Origin: Octopus vulgaris
Lineage: Eukaryota
Direction: 5' to 3'
NCBI GenBank assembly: GCA_951406725.2
Contig: OX597821.1
Coordinates: forward strand, 112,778,001 to 112,842,000
DNA: 64,000 nucleotides
The translations under genes were made by a program, and so were the position numbers. The first letter of the stretch is position 1, and each line of letters begins with the position of its first letter. Below the pieces are notes generated by a model, which ran no database searches, had not been told where the DNA came from, and worked only from the letters and a program-made list of their open reading frames with translations. Positions 27,102-40,570 of the stretch are shown here, piece by piece.

Positions 27102-27495
27102 GGCGCAGGAGTGGCTGTGTGGTAAGTAGCTTGCTAACCAACCACATGGCTCTGGGTTCAATCCACTGCGTGGCATCTTGGGCAAGTGTCTTCTGCTATA
27201 GCCCCGGGCCGACCAATGCCTTGTGAGTGGATTTGGTAGACGGAAACTGAAAGAAACCTGTCGTATATATGTATATATATATATATATGTGTGTGTTTGT
27301 GTGTCTGTGTTTGTCCCCCTAGCATTGCTTGACAACCGATGCTGGTGTGTGTTTACGTCCCCGTCACTTAGCGGTTCGGCAAAAGAGACCGATAGAATAA
27401 GTACTGGGCTTACAAAGAATAAGTCCCGGGGTCGATTTGCTCGACTAAAGGTGGTGCTCCAGCATGGCCGCAGTCAAATGACTGAAACAAGTAAA
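27102..27495 (+). mobile_element. SINE family A, full length with TSD
   Basis: Complete head-to-tail copy; TSD aaatatttacct on both sides. Confidence 0.92.
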
Positions 27496-27584
27496 ATATT
27501 TACCTCCAATATTAAAAAAAAAACAACTTGTTTTATTCAAACAGGTATAAAAATTTTGCTCATTTTCAAGCCTTACATATTCTT

Positions 27585-27898
<314 letters not shown>

Positions 27899-28110
27899 AG
27901 AGAGAGATAATTATGCGGACAAACAAATTAGATACATCAAACACAAAATCTGTATATATGTATGTATGCAAAACGAGTGGCAGCAAAAGGTGAAATTTTG
28001 AGGTTATGAATTTATATGTATAAATCTATAGATGTTTATATCAATAGCTCCAACTCACACAGAGTACAAACGACAGAGAAAATTGAAGGGATAGAAGAAG
28101 AGTGTTATAA

Positions 28111-28156
28111 GTCCAACAGCTGTTTCCGGATAAGACGATCTTCCGTCATCAGCGTA
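28111..28156 (-). ncRNA. Hammerhead core motif (helix I not evident)
   Basis: CTGATGA-cgga(agatcgtctta)tccg-GAAAC-agct-GTT; palindromic helix III as in Penelope hammerheads. Confidence 0.45.
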
Positions 28157-28930
28157 GAGAAGATCTTACATTTCAGATCTTAATGCTGAGAAATTCAAAG
28201 CTGGAATAATTAAACGTGGAGAGCTGGTTGTATTAGAGGGGAGCGGCGGGGTTACGGGAAGTATTAGGACTTAAGACGGAAGCAGTGGTCAGAAAGATGG
28301 TATTAAGAGGGAAGCAGGTGAAACGTTTTGGGTGATAAGGGAAATGTTGTGGGATCTGTAGCCGAGGAAGGATGCATTAGGCTGGTTACTCGGTTTCCAT
28401 GGTGAATACGTGGCTATGGTCACACCATTCCTTTGAAAGGAACGCCGTTGCGTTGCAGGGTTCGAACTCAGTAATTTTGAAGGGAGACGATAAGTCAATT
28501 ACATTGATCCCCAGTACATGACTGGTACTGTATTTTATCGAGTCTGAAGGGATGAAAGGCAAAGAGGACCACGGTGACATTTGAACTCAGAGCGTAAAGA
28601 GCCGGAATGAATGCTACTAGGCATTTTTGTTCCGACGGTCCAATGATTCTGGCAGCTCACCAACTTGCAGGCGAAGAAGAAAAAGCGTTAGTTAAGGAGA
28701 GGTTGAGAGCAAGAAGAAAATATGCAACAAAGGAAGATCGAATAATGGAGAAAAAACTGAAGAGGAAGAAACTGCATCAGTAAAGAACATTTAAATATTT
28801 GCTAAGTATAGGTCTGGGTCTAGTTGAAACAATATAATTAATTTCTTAATTAAAAATTAGCTAATTTGGTTTCTATGCATGGGGTAAAATAAATGGGTAT
28901 CATTTTGCCATTATAAAATTGTCAGGATAA

Positions 28931-29560
28931 GACTGCGAACTGGCAGAATCGTTATGCTTAGCGGGCAAAATGATTAGCGGTATTTTGTCTGCTGTTACGT
29001 TCTGAGTTCAAATTCAGCCGAGGTCGACTTTGCCTGTCATCCTTCCGGGATCGATTAAATAAGTACCAGTTACGCACTGGGGTCGATATAATCGACTTAA
29101 TCCGTTTGTCTGTCCTTGTTTGTCTCCTCTATGCTTAACCCCCTGTGGGCAATAAAGAAATATGTCCCCTCTGTGTGGGTAGTAAAGAAATAGGTATTTT
29201 GTCTGCCGCTACGTTCAGAGTACAAATTCCGCCGGGGTCGACTTTGCCTGTAATCCTTCCGAGGTCGATTAAATAAGTACCAGTTGCGCACTGGGGTCGA
29301 TATAATCGACTTAATCCGTTTGTCTGTCATTGTTTGTCCCTTCTATGTTTAAACCCCTGTGGGCAATAAAGAAATATGTCCCCTCTGTGTGGGTAGTAAA
29401 GAAATAGGTATTTTGTCTGCCGCTACGTTCAGAGTACAAATTCCGCCGGGGTCGACTTTGCCTGTCATCCTTCCGAGGTCGATTAAATAAGTACCAGTTA
29501 CATACTGGGGTCGATGTAATCCCCAAAATTTGAGGTCTTGTGCTTCCACCAGAAAAGGAT
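28931..29560 (+). mobile_element. SINE family B trimer (214-bp period)
   Basis: Head at ~28931, head-less units at 29193 and 29407. Confidence 0.9.
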
Positions 29561-29816
29561 AATTAAATTGTTAGGATAACAAAGATATTGACTTCAAATT
29601 GTGACGCAAGGTTGGCAAGTTCGAGTGTTGCGGTAGGTCGATTACTTCGCCCCGAGTGCTCAGCTGGTACTTATTTTATCGACTCTGAAAGACAAAGTCG
29701 ACCTAGACAGAATTTGAAATCAGAGCGTAAATACGGACGAAATACCGGTGAGCATTTTCCCCGGCGAAACAACGACTTTAACAGCTCGCCGCCTTCAAGG
29801 TAATACTGATATCAGA

Positions 29817-30412
29817 GGCGGCGAACTGGCAGAATCGTTAGCACGCCGAACGAAATGCTTAGCGGTATTTCGCCCGTCGCTACGTTCTGTGTTCAAATTC
29901 CGCCGAGGTCGACTTTGCTTTTATCCTTTCGGGGTCGATTAAATAAATACCAGTTACGCACTGGAGTCGATATAATCGACTTAATCCGTTTGTCTGCCCT
30001 TGTTTGTCCCCTCTCTGTTTAGCCCCTTGTGGGTAGTAAAGAAAGAGGTATTTCACCCATCGTTACGTTCTGTGTTCAAATGCCGCCGAGGTCGACTTTG
30101 CTTTTATCCTTTCGGGGTCGATTAAATAAGTACCAGTTACGCACTGGGGTCGCTGTAATCGACTTAATCCGTTTGTCTGTCCTTGTTTGTCCCCTCTGTG
30201 TTTAGCCCCTTGTAGGTAGTAAAGAAATAGGTATTTCGTCTGCCGCTACGTTCTGTGTTCAAATGTCGCCGAGGTCGACTTTGCTTTTATCCTTTCGGGG
30301 TCGATTAAATAAGTACCAGTAACGCACTGGGGTCGATGTAATCGACTTAATCCGTTTGTCTGTCCTTGTTTGTCCTCTCTGTGTTTAGCCCCTTATGGGT
30401 AGTAGAGAAATA
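29817..30412 (+). mobile_element. SINE family B trimer (183-bp period) with one 15-bp TSD
   Basis: Units at 29864, 30047, 30230; TSD gtaatac(t/a)gatatca at 29800-29814 and 30414-30428. Confidence 0.93.
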
Positions 30413-30672
30413 AGTAATACAGATATCACTAGTTGTTGAAATATTTAATCGTTAATTGCTTTAAATATACAGTATTTACATTAGCTGCGACTAGGAAAAG
30501 CAATGTGGCTTTGTCAAAGGTTTCATGAACTTTTAAAGAGAAGATTCCATTTGTTTTACAGAAATATTAATATATTTTGAAGTTTCGTGGAAATGGCTAA
30601 AATTTGCATATAGCGTAAGAGTTGATTATCTACAAAGTTTCTAATACCTTCAGGCACCGAACTATGTGTGAG

Positions 30673-30726
<54 letters not shown>

Positions 30727-30729
30727 GAG

Positions 30730-30810
<81 letters not shown>

Positions 30811-30934
30811 TGTATACAAATATACAAATACATGCGCAAACACGCTCATACACACGTACGGACACACACATATACATATATATGCCTATATATACGCATA
30901 TACACACGTACACACTCAAGTATATATATATTCT

Positions 30935-31186
30935 TTATTTCTTTTACTTGTTTCAGTCATTTGACAGCGGCCATGCTGGAGCACCGCCTCTAGTCGAGCA
31001 AATCGACCCCAGGACTTATTCTTTGTAAGCCTAGTACTTATTCTATCGGACTCTTTTGTCGCACCGCTTAGTTACGGGGACGTAAACACACCAGCATCGG
31101 TTGTCAAGCGATGTTGGGGGAGACAAACACATACACACACAAACATGTACACACACACACATACACACACACACATACACGCACAT

Positions 31187-31254
<68 letters not shown>

Positions 31255-31385
31255 CGGGCATCTTTCAGTTTCCGTCTACCAAATCCACTTACAAGGCTTT
31301 GGTCGGCACGAGGCTATAGTAGAACACATGTAGGTACCATGCAGTGGGACAGAACCCGGAACCATGTGGTTGGTAAGCAAGCTAC
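30935..31385 (-). mobile_element. SINE family A
   Basis: Tail, body, internal microsatellite and part of head present. Confidence 0.9.
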
Positions 31386-31829
31386 TTTATTTCAAAATAT
31401 TTTGACATAAAAGCATGATACAGAGTAGCTTGCAGGCTGGACAGAAACATTGATGAGATGAATGATGAAATAAAATGATATTAATGGGAGAAGACAAAAA
31501 TCGTCCGCCGATTTTTTGCTTCTCTAAAACATTATCTTTTACACAAAAAACAAACCGAGGTATTGAACCTCTTACTTCCGTTTCTACAATTTTTGGACTT
31601 AATAATCCATTTACAAATTGAGGCGTTGAACCTCTTACACACTTAAACAATATAACACTAAGGCTTTTCAACCTCTTGTCAATTTCTCTCCCCAACATTG
31701 CTTGTGCCTGTATACTCCGCCATTACCCACGCCTCGTTTAAAACCAAGGCGGGCTCCGAGTCGGCGTCGCCCGGCCACAAGCGATATTCCTATTTAAGCC
31801 CCTCCAACCTACGTATATATATATATATA

Positions 31830-31935
31830 CTTTTCCTCCGTCTTCCTTCTCTCTTGGAATTTCCTCTGTTACCTGTTTCTGAAGAAGAGCTTTGCTCGAA
31901 GTGTAAAAAAAAATTCTTTCCTTCCCTGAGCTTTT
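31830..31935 (+). mobile_element. Fragment of the hammerhead-bearing short element
   Basis: gttt-CTGAAGA-a-gagc(ttt)gctc-GAAGT-GTA-aaa; matches reverse complement of 40235-40320. Confidence 0.65.
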
Positions 31936-31990
31936 AAAGTATATATATATATATATAGAGAACAAAGTATATATATATATATATATATAT

Positions 31991-32315
31991 AAAATACAAA
32001 ATGGGACAAGAACGCAAAACATCCGGACAACTAGGTGATACAAAAGGGAACAACAAAACATTCGTATACATTCGTTGCTTTTTCCCAAGGAATCTAATGC
32101 TCTTAGCTTAGTTTTTCCTTGGGGCTGGCCAGATTGGGGCAATCTCAAGATTAATCAGCCGAAATTGCGAGGATGATCTGGTTCTTGACTGAAGATAAAA
32201 GACTTCGAATGACCCGTCCGTGTTTTTTTTTTTTTGTATCGTCTATCTAGATGTTTTGTTATCCCCTTTTGTATCACATAGTTGTCCGGATGCTTTGCGT
32301 TCTTGTCCCATTTTG

Positions 32316-32321
<6 letters not shown>
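31991..32321. mobile_element. ~330-bp element with ~70-bp terminal inverted repeats in (TA)n
   Basis: aaaatacaaaatgggacaagaacgcaaaacatccggacaacta / tagttgtccggatgctttgcgttcttgtcccattttgtatttt. Confidence 0.85.
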
Positions 32322-32388
<67 letters not shown>

Positions 32389-32676
32389 TATGTGTGTTTG
32401 TGTAAAGAGAGGGACAGACACAGACAGACAGAGTGAGAGGTGTGGCAATACAATCATGAAAAATGAAACTCAAAGCATAAACTGATATTTTTAATCGGCA
32501 GAATTTAGAAAACGACTCAAGATCCGGAGGTTTAATAACAAACATGTACGAAACTCTCGTCCCTTGAGTCACTCTGTAGCTTCTACCGATTTAAAATCTA
32601 TGAAAATAACATAGATACTCATGTTTTGAGTCGCATCTGTTCTGTTTATGCTCCCAAAGCTATATCTTATATATAG

Positions 32677-33150
32677 GGCTAGACATGAGTGCGTGGTAAG
32701 AAGCTTGCTTCTCACCCCCATGATTCCGGGTTCGGCTCCACTAGTGTCTTCTACTTTAGCCTCAGGCTAACCAAAGCCTTGTGGGTGAATTTGGTAGATG
32801 AAAACTGAAAGAAGTTTGCCGACATCGTTTATGTGTGTGTATGTGTTGTATCTATACGTTTGTTTGCGTCTCTGTAAATTAGTGGTTCGGCAAAAGAGAT
32901 CGATAGAATAAGTTGCAGATTTAAAAAAATAAGCACTGAGGCCGAATGTCCGATAAAACTTTTCAGGGTGGTGCTCCAGCATGGCCTCAGTGCAATGACT
33001 GAAACAAGGAAAATAGGAGTGGCTGCGTGGTAAGCAGCTTACTTAGCAACCACATGGTTCCAGGTTCAGTTCCACTGCACGGCACATTGGGCCGGGCCGA
33101 CCAAAGCCTTACGAGTAGATTTGGTAGACGGAACTGAAAGAAGCCCATCG

Positions 33151-33214
<64 letters not shown>

Positions 33215-33820
33215 TGTGTGCTTGTCCTCTCACCATCGCTTGACAACCGATGCTGGTGTGTTTACGTCCCCGTAACTAAGCGGTTCGGCAAAAGAGTCCA
33301 ATAGAATAAGTACTAGGTTTACAAAGAATAAGTCCTGGGGTCGATTTGCTCGATGCTCGATTAAAGGCAGTGCTCCAGCATGGCCGCAGTCAAAATGACC
33401 GAAACAAATAAAAGAATATAGGCGTAGGAGTGGCTGTGTGGTAAGTAGCTTGTTTACCAACCACATGGTTCCGGGTTCAGTCCCACTGCGTGGCACCTTG
33501 GGCAAGTGTCTTCTACTATAGCCTCGGGCCGACCAAAGCCTTGTGAATGGATTTGGTAGACGGAAACTGAAAGAAGCCCGTCGTTTATATGTATATATAT
33601 ATGCGTGTGTGTGTTAGTGTCTGTGTTTGTCCCCCTAGCATTGCTTGACAACCGATGCTGGTGTGTTTATGTCCCCTCACTTAGCGGTTCGGCAAAAGAA
33701 CCGATAGAATAAGTACTGGGCTTACAAAAGAATAAGTCCCGGGATCGAGTTGCTCGATTAAAAAAGGCGGTGCTCCAGCATGGCCGCAGTCAAATGACTG
33801 AAACAAGTAAAATAGTAAAG
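32677..33820 (+). mobile_element. Three head-to-tail SINE family A copies
   Basis: Heads near 32677, 33016 and 33421, each with the ggtgctccagcatggcc tail. Confidence 0.9.
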
Positions 33821-34517
33821 AGTATATATATATATATATATACACAAACCTCAGAAAAATCTTTGCCCAAGGTGCCATCGGGGCCGAATGCATGAAGTTG
33901 AGAAGAGAACCGCTTACCATATAATATAGCCACGCTTGTACCTATCCACCTACGTTTATTCTTAGTGAGGCTATTCAACTTCATATAAAAGTTAAATTTC
34001 CATAGCATTATCCGAACAACGCCAAAAGCTAGAACCAACAATTTGCGTATCAAGGGAAATAATTATTCCCTTTCCACCAGACAATAGAACTCCATTTGAT
34101 TCTATTACCATGTTTAACCTAAACTTTCCGAAATATTCTTTACTTTTCAATGCTTTTAAAACACTTTACATGAAATCTCTTCGAAGAAATTCTATATATA
34201 ATATATAGGTTTCTTTATATTTTTTTCCCCATCTCTCTTCTCTTTTTCTGTTCAAATCATTCAACTGCATTTATTTACTTTATTTATATATCTATTAAGT
34301 CTGCTCTTTTACTTGTATCAGTCATTAGACTGCGGTCGTGTTGGGGCACCATCTTGAAGAGATTTTAGCCGAACAAATCGGCCCCGGTATCTTTGTTAAA
34401 CCCGGTAATTTTTTCAACTCCTATGCATTCTCCACACAAATATAACATCTACCTACGGTCCTCCAGTCCTGGAATGAGCAGATGTGCTTCAACAGGACAC
34501 CGTTTCGATTATAGCCC

Positions 34518-34548
<31 letters not shown>

Positions 34549-34641
34549 CATACATACATACATACATACATACATACATACATACATACATACATACATA
34601 CATACATACATACATACATACATACATACATACATACATGT

Positions 34642-35000
34642 ATTATGGCTGCCCCCTCGTTATCGAGTATGGCCATTGCACGAAGCTTAACTGTTACTGG
34701 TGCTGTGATCGAATGTGACTCTTTAGCCCAGCTAAAGATCTACAATGTCTTGTACAGAATTGGCAACTAAAACCTTTACCGGTAACAACCGGCTGTAGTT
34801 GTAACTGGGCTTCACGTACCTTTGCATGTCGTTTAAGTCTTCCTAGCGAATTACACTCTCTTCCACGTGCCCGACAGATATGATTAGTATGGTGTGTTAC
34901 ACCACCACCAGTGGCCAGGTTATCACTCATCTCTCTCGCTTTATGACTACGAAGATGACTCTTGAGTCCAGCTTTACTGAGGCAGGGTCTTGCACAGACA
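34642..35000 (-). mobile_element. RTE-type LINE 3' end with three C2H2-like fingers, flanked by (CATA)n
   Basis: CARPCLSKAGLKSHLRSH..CRARGRECNSLGRLKRHAKV..CQFCTRHCRSLAGLKSHIRSQH*, short UTR, (TATG)n tail. Confidence 0.8.
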
Positions 35001-35099
35001 CATACATACATACATACATACATACATACATACATACATACATACATACATACATACATACATACATACATACATACATACATACATACATGCATAAAT

Positions 35100-35568
35100 A
35101 TTCTCATCAAAACGTCTGTCAAATGTAAACATAACATGCCGGATATTGTTGTTTGAGACAGAGGGGCAAAGGTATGTACCATCATGGAGGTTAACTACCC
35201 TGCAGATATAAATATCTCTTTGAAAATCAAAGAAAAAGAGGATATCTATGGACAACTGCATCGAAACCTCCAGCTTCTATATCCAGACTATGAATTCATA
35301 GCCATACCAATAATAATTGGAGCTTTAGGTTTTGTTAGTAAATGCTTAAAGGAGAATATGGATAAACTGGGATTTTCAGAAAGTGAAATCGACCGGCTGA
35401 TTTGTACATTACAAGTGAGTGGAACAGTAAAACTATGCAAGTGTTTTCTCAAGCTCCAAATATGAATTTGTCTGTGTTAATTACATCCCGGAGATGGAGA
35501 CTTGTATCTTTGTTAGAAACAGGCTCCCTCCTCAGTGGAAGATTTATAATCATTAAAAGATAGAAGAG
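35100..35568 (+). pseudogene. R4/Dong-clade restriction-like endonuclease domain and 3' UTR
   Basis: KHNMPDIVV*DR..IMEVNYPADIN..KEKEDIYGQL..IPIIIGALG (PD..D/E RLE signature), one in-frame stop. Confidence 0.85.
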
Positions 35569-35621
35569 ACATACATATACACATACATACACATACATAC
35601 ATACATACATACATACATACA

Positions 35622-35657
<36 letters not shown>

Positions 35658-35662
35658 TATAG

Positions 35663-35714
<52 letters not shown>

Positions 35715-35910
35715 CTATAATATTCAGGAAAATAAAATGAAAATAAAAATAGTAAAATAAAAATAAAAGTAAGAAATAAGTGGAAATTTTACCGGTGAGT
35801 GTGTTATATTATAAAACACAAAAAGAAAATGACTTTCCCCAGACACAACAGAATATGCTTCAACACACGAACTCATTTAAAGAATCTTGCAAACCAAATC
35901 CAAAAACGAA

Positions 35911-35981
<71 letters not shown>

Positions 35982-36029
35982 GTGTGTGTGAGTGTGTTTG
36001 TGTGTATGAGTATGTGCGTGTGTGTAGAA

Positions 36030-36563
36030 AAGCTTAATGTACCTCAATAACTTCTACATCTTTCATCCGATTTCTTTAAAATTTTCTACACAGCTGCTTC
36101 ACATCGCAGACCCGAACATAGGCTACTTAGATTTTGGGGCCTCTAGGGCGATGGGAAACCAACAATAGATGATTCCTATTCATTTGCATTAATCACTTAT
36201 TTTATAATCTGTAGGGTCTTCCATATTTTAAAAATCTTTTTATAAAAGTGGAAGGATTTTGTCTAATTCCACTGTCCACCAGCGACGGCGATTAAGTTGA
36301 CAAGGAACACTGAACTCATACATTTCCACAATTCTCAACCGACTTTCACCAAACTTTACACGCACATTACTTATGTCCCAAGGATGGTCATGCACTAAAC
36401 ATTTTGCCCAGAGCTCCCGCATAAATGGACCTAAATAGACCTAGTTTTTTGTATGTAGGGTGTTCCATACTTTTTAATCATTTTATAAAAGTGAAAGGAT
36501 TTTGTCTATTCACTTATTTCGACTGTCCACCTGCCACGATGATTAAATTGACAAGGAACACTG
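36030..36563 (+). repeat. Two-unit (~245 bp) degenerate tandem, Helitron/HINE-like
   Basis: tttataaaagtg(g/a)aaggattttgtcta...ttgacaaggaacactg at ~36238 and ~36482; ccgatttctttaaaattt / ccgactttcaccaaacttt motif. Confidence 0.5.
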
Positions 36564-37698
36564 TACACGATGAATATCCAATACCAAACAATCTTAATCT
36601 CCATATTTAAGCTACATTAAACTTTGGCAAGCTTACCTTTACCTATTCTGAGTTACCTGAAAAGTGAGGTTCCGTTTCCTCTCTTTTATTTGTTGATACC
36701 TTTGTTTACCTACCAATGCGTTGTTTCACTTTAAGGATGCTTATTTACCCATCCATTATAATATTTCGACTGTTGTCCATTGTTCCAAATACGTTTTAGC
36801 ATTGTCATTCTAACCTTTTTTAAACAATCGCATAATTCATCCCAAAGAATCAACCTCTAAACAAGAGTTTTGTTTCCACTAACGAAAGCTATACGTATCT
36901 TTCAGAAAGCTCCATACCAATTTAACCTTATGCAGCATTCACTGTTAGTTTGTGCGCGGGCTATGTGGGAAGGCAGAATAAAGGGGCTTTTGTTAATTTA
37001 TCTCTCCGAAAAAATAGCTCCCTTTGCTGTTGAGAAAAATAAACTCGCAGAGGGAAAGTTTCAACGTCTTCCTTCAATTCATTGCACCATTTATGTGGCT
37101 TTTTCTGACAGAAAACACAGCAGAAGACACTTCTATAATAGGCGACACTTACCCTAAGTGCCTCGCAAAGGAACTGAATCCGGCATCATGTGGTTGGGAA
37201 GCAAGCTTCTTACCACACAACCACCCCTGCGCCAATACACAATATTTTACTAATTCTTATTTATTTGTTATTTTTATTATTTTTATTATATATTTATTCA
37301 GTTTACCAATCTACACTGAAAGTCTTAATCAACGTCAACCAGGTCAGCTCGCGTTTAACCAGGTCATTTTTTCCATTGTGTTCGGCTTGTTTTCTTTGGT
37401 TTTCGCCAGACCAAGGAAAAATAGATTCAGACGATTATAATACAGCAGAAATTGCCAAGCTAAAAGACGTTCGGCTCAGTTTATGGGGGTCAACATTGCA
37501 ACAAATTTAAGAGAGGAAATACTTGAGATGACTGTGGCGATCAAGCATAAAACGTGACAGAATTCCGACTGAGAAAAAGTTTGTAAACTAAAACCGCTTG
37601 AATCTGATGTGGGTTTGTTGTTCATATACGCAGTCATATCTAATTTTATACATACGCAGTTACATATGTATACATATACATAGAGACTTACAAGTATG

Positions 37699-37741
<43 letters not shown>

Positions 37742-37874
37742 GAGTATAATTATAATTAGGGTTCAGCAAAGATTTGCTTTACCACATACCGAACTTTAGA
37801 ATTAGCAGCCAAAGCTTGGTGGAATTATTAATTACTAGTTAATTAATTAATTTTACCCTTTATTATTATTGATT

Positions 37875-38108
<234 letters not shown>

Positions 38109-38151
38109 ATATTATATATATATATATATATTATATATATATATTATATAT

Positions 38152-39960
38152 AAGTCAGTGTCTATGTATTCGTGTGTTCGTGTGTTACTTATAGACGCGG
38201 AAACTACTGAACTGATCCTAATGAAATTTAGAGCACAAAATCCAAGCAAGGGGTGAAGGGTAATGCTGTATGTTTCATACAATTTTGAGGGGGCATAAAA
38301 CGGGGCAGAACCCAATGTGAAAATTCATATGTTTCGGATTTTTATGAAATTTGAACTATAGGTATTAGAAATAAATTAAAAAATATACCCAAAATTTCAA
38401 TTTCTTTAGATGATTCTATGACCCCTAACAGGGGCTTAACCCCCAAATTTTAGTCATTTTTTCATGGACCAAAATTACTGAATGGATCCTTATAATATTT
38501 GGAACTTATATTCAATGAATAAAGGCGGATATAATGCAGTATGTTTTGTTTGAATTTGATGGGGCTTAAAGGGGGCAGAATCACCCATGAAAATTCAAAA
38601 ATTTCCGATGTTGATGAAATTTCAACCATAAGTAATTGACACAAATCAAGAAGTATTCCCAAAGTTTCCGCTTCTCATGAGGATTCTAAGACCCTCTAAT
38701 AGGGGACTTAACTCCTAAATTTTAGTCATTTTTTAATAATCCAAAACAAGGTCAAAAGGACTGAATAGATCTTTATGAAATTTGAAAATTATATTCTATG
38801 CATAAGGGCGAATGTAAGGCAGTATATGTCTGATAGTGAGGGGGCATAAATGAGGCCATAACCCCCATGAAAATTCATATATTTTTGCTGTTTATGAAAT
38901 TTTAACTACAGATATTAGACACAAATGAAACAATATTGCTAAAATTTCAACTTCTTACAAGGTTAGTAAGACCCCTTAATGGCGGATTAACCCCCACAAT
39001 TTAGTCATTTTTCCTAAGCCAAGAAGAATACAGTTGTTGTCTTGGAGGCTGTAGAGTCACCTGAGGATACAAGATGAGCGTTATTTGTAATTCAATGGTA
39101 TAACAGTGTAAGAATTTTCTTTGAGATATATTTAGATTGTGATTTCTGCAATGTGGTGCATAAAATGTCAAGTAAGAGACATCTTTCCTTCCACTGCTTC
39201 AGTTGCAAAGTGTTATTTTGAATAGAGTTATTTGGTTGCAGACCTCCTTTGAATCTTTTTATTATCACTGGGTCAGAGATAGACCCCAGATGGTAACATT
39301 GATTTCAAGGCCTTTCCAGATAAGTAATTTGTCATTCAAAGTGATTTATAGATTGCAAATGTATTCTGTTCAGTTACCTATCGGCATAGTGATCGTTGGA
39401 AAACTCCAGAGGTGACACTTTCTTTCCCCTTAGCCCTCACGCCACACAGTTGTTAATGTATATTTGAATTGGGTCACGCCCTTCTAATTACTATAGATCT
39501 GTAATGCATCTTACGGCTGTGTCGGTCACCTGTATGGTGAGTAATCCTACATTGGGGAGTGATAATGACCAGGGTAGCGTATCTGACTGCTTATTGTGAT
39601 CATTCGTCTTATGGTTTCCTCTAGCTTTGATCTCTTTTATAAACTCAGTGAACATTCATAAATTTCCGATTTGAAAGAAATATGAACAATAGATTTAAGA
39701 TACAACTTCTCTGGTTAACTTTAAGACACTCCCCCTAACAGGGGTCTTAACACCTACATTTTAGAGCGCCATGTGCTTCATGTGCTCCATTTTTCGGGAG
39801 CAAAAACCTTTGAATGGGTTTTATAAGATTTGGATTTTAGAATCTGGGCATAAAGACTAGAAGTATGGCATAAATATGTCATGATTAGATATGGTGTGTA
39901 AAGAGGGAAAAAATTCTTAATCTCTAATTTTGATGAAATTCGAATCATAGGTATTCCAGT
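38152..39960 (+). repeat. Degenerate ~275-bp tandem units, probable non-autonomous Helitron-like element
   Basis: tttagtcatttt recurs at ~38449, ~38720, ~39000; cccatgaaaattca and tgaaattt motifs; fourth unit ~39660-39960. Confidence 0.6.
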
Positions 39961-39979
39961 TCATTTATTTATCAATATT

Positions 39980-40098
<119 letters not shown>

Positions 40099-40139
40099 GT
40101 GTATGTATGTATGTATGTATGTATGTATGTATATACATA

Positions 40140-40322
40140 TAATTAATCCGCCCCCAAAGAAAACGGAGAAAGAACGCAACAAGAAAAAAACAATAACGCG
40201 AGGACGTGGTACATGCAAAGTTTTAATAAAACGCTCAGGGAAGGAAACAAAAGGTGTTATACGTTTCGAGCAAAGCTCTTCTTCAGAAACGGGTGACAGA
40301 GGGAAGTCCAAGAGAAAAGGAA
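40140..40322 (-). mobile_element. Short Penelope-derived element with canonical minimal hammerhead core
   Basis: gttt-CTGAAGA-a-gagc(ttt)gctc-GAAAC-GTA-taac at 40256-40290. Confidence 0.75.
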
Positions 40323-40353
<31 letters not shown>

Positions 40354-40362
40354 TAAACATAC

Positions 40363-40396
<34 letters not shown>

Positions 40397-40464
40397 GTAT
40401 GTATATATGTATGTATGTATGTATGTATTGTATGTATATACATATATATATATAAAAAGATAGA

Positions 40465-40565
<101 letters not shown>

Positions 40566-40570
40566 TTCCC

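Noticed and set aside
28931-30412. CRISPR-like or phage-like repeat array
   Set aside because: The units are whole SINE bodies with no unique spacers; eukaryotic context with no cas genes.
34694-35185. Host C2H2 zinc-finger gene
   Set aside because: The N-terminal part is microsatellite, there are no TGEKP linkers, and a second truncated copy with the same tail indicates a LINE end.
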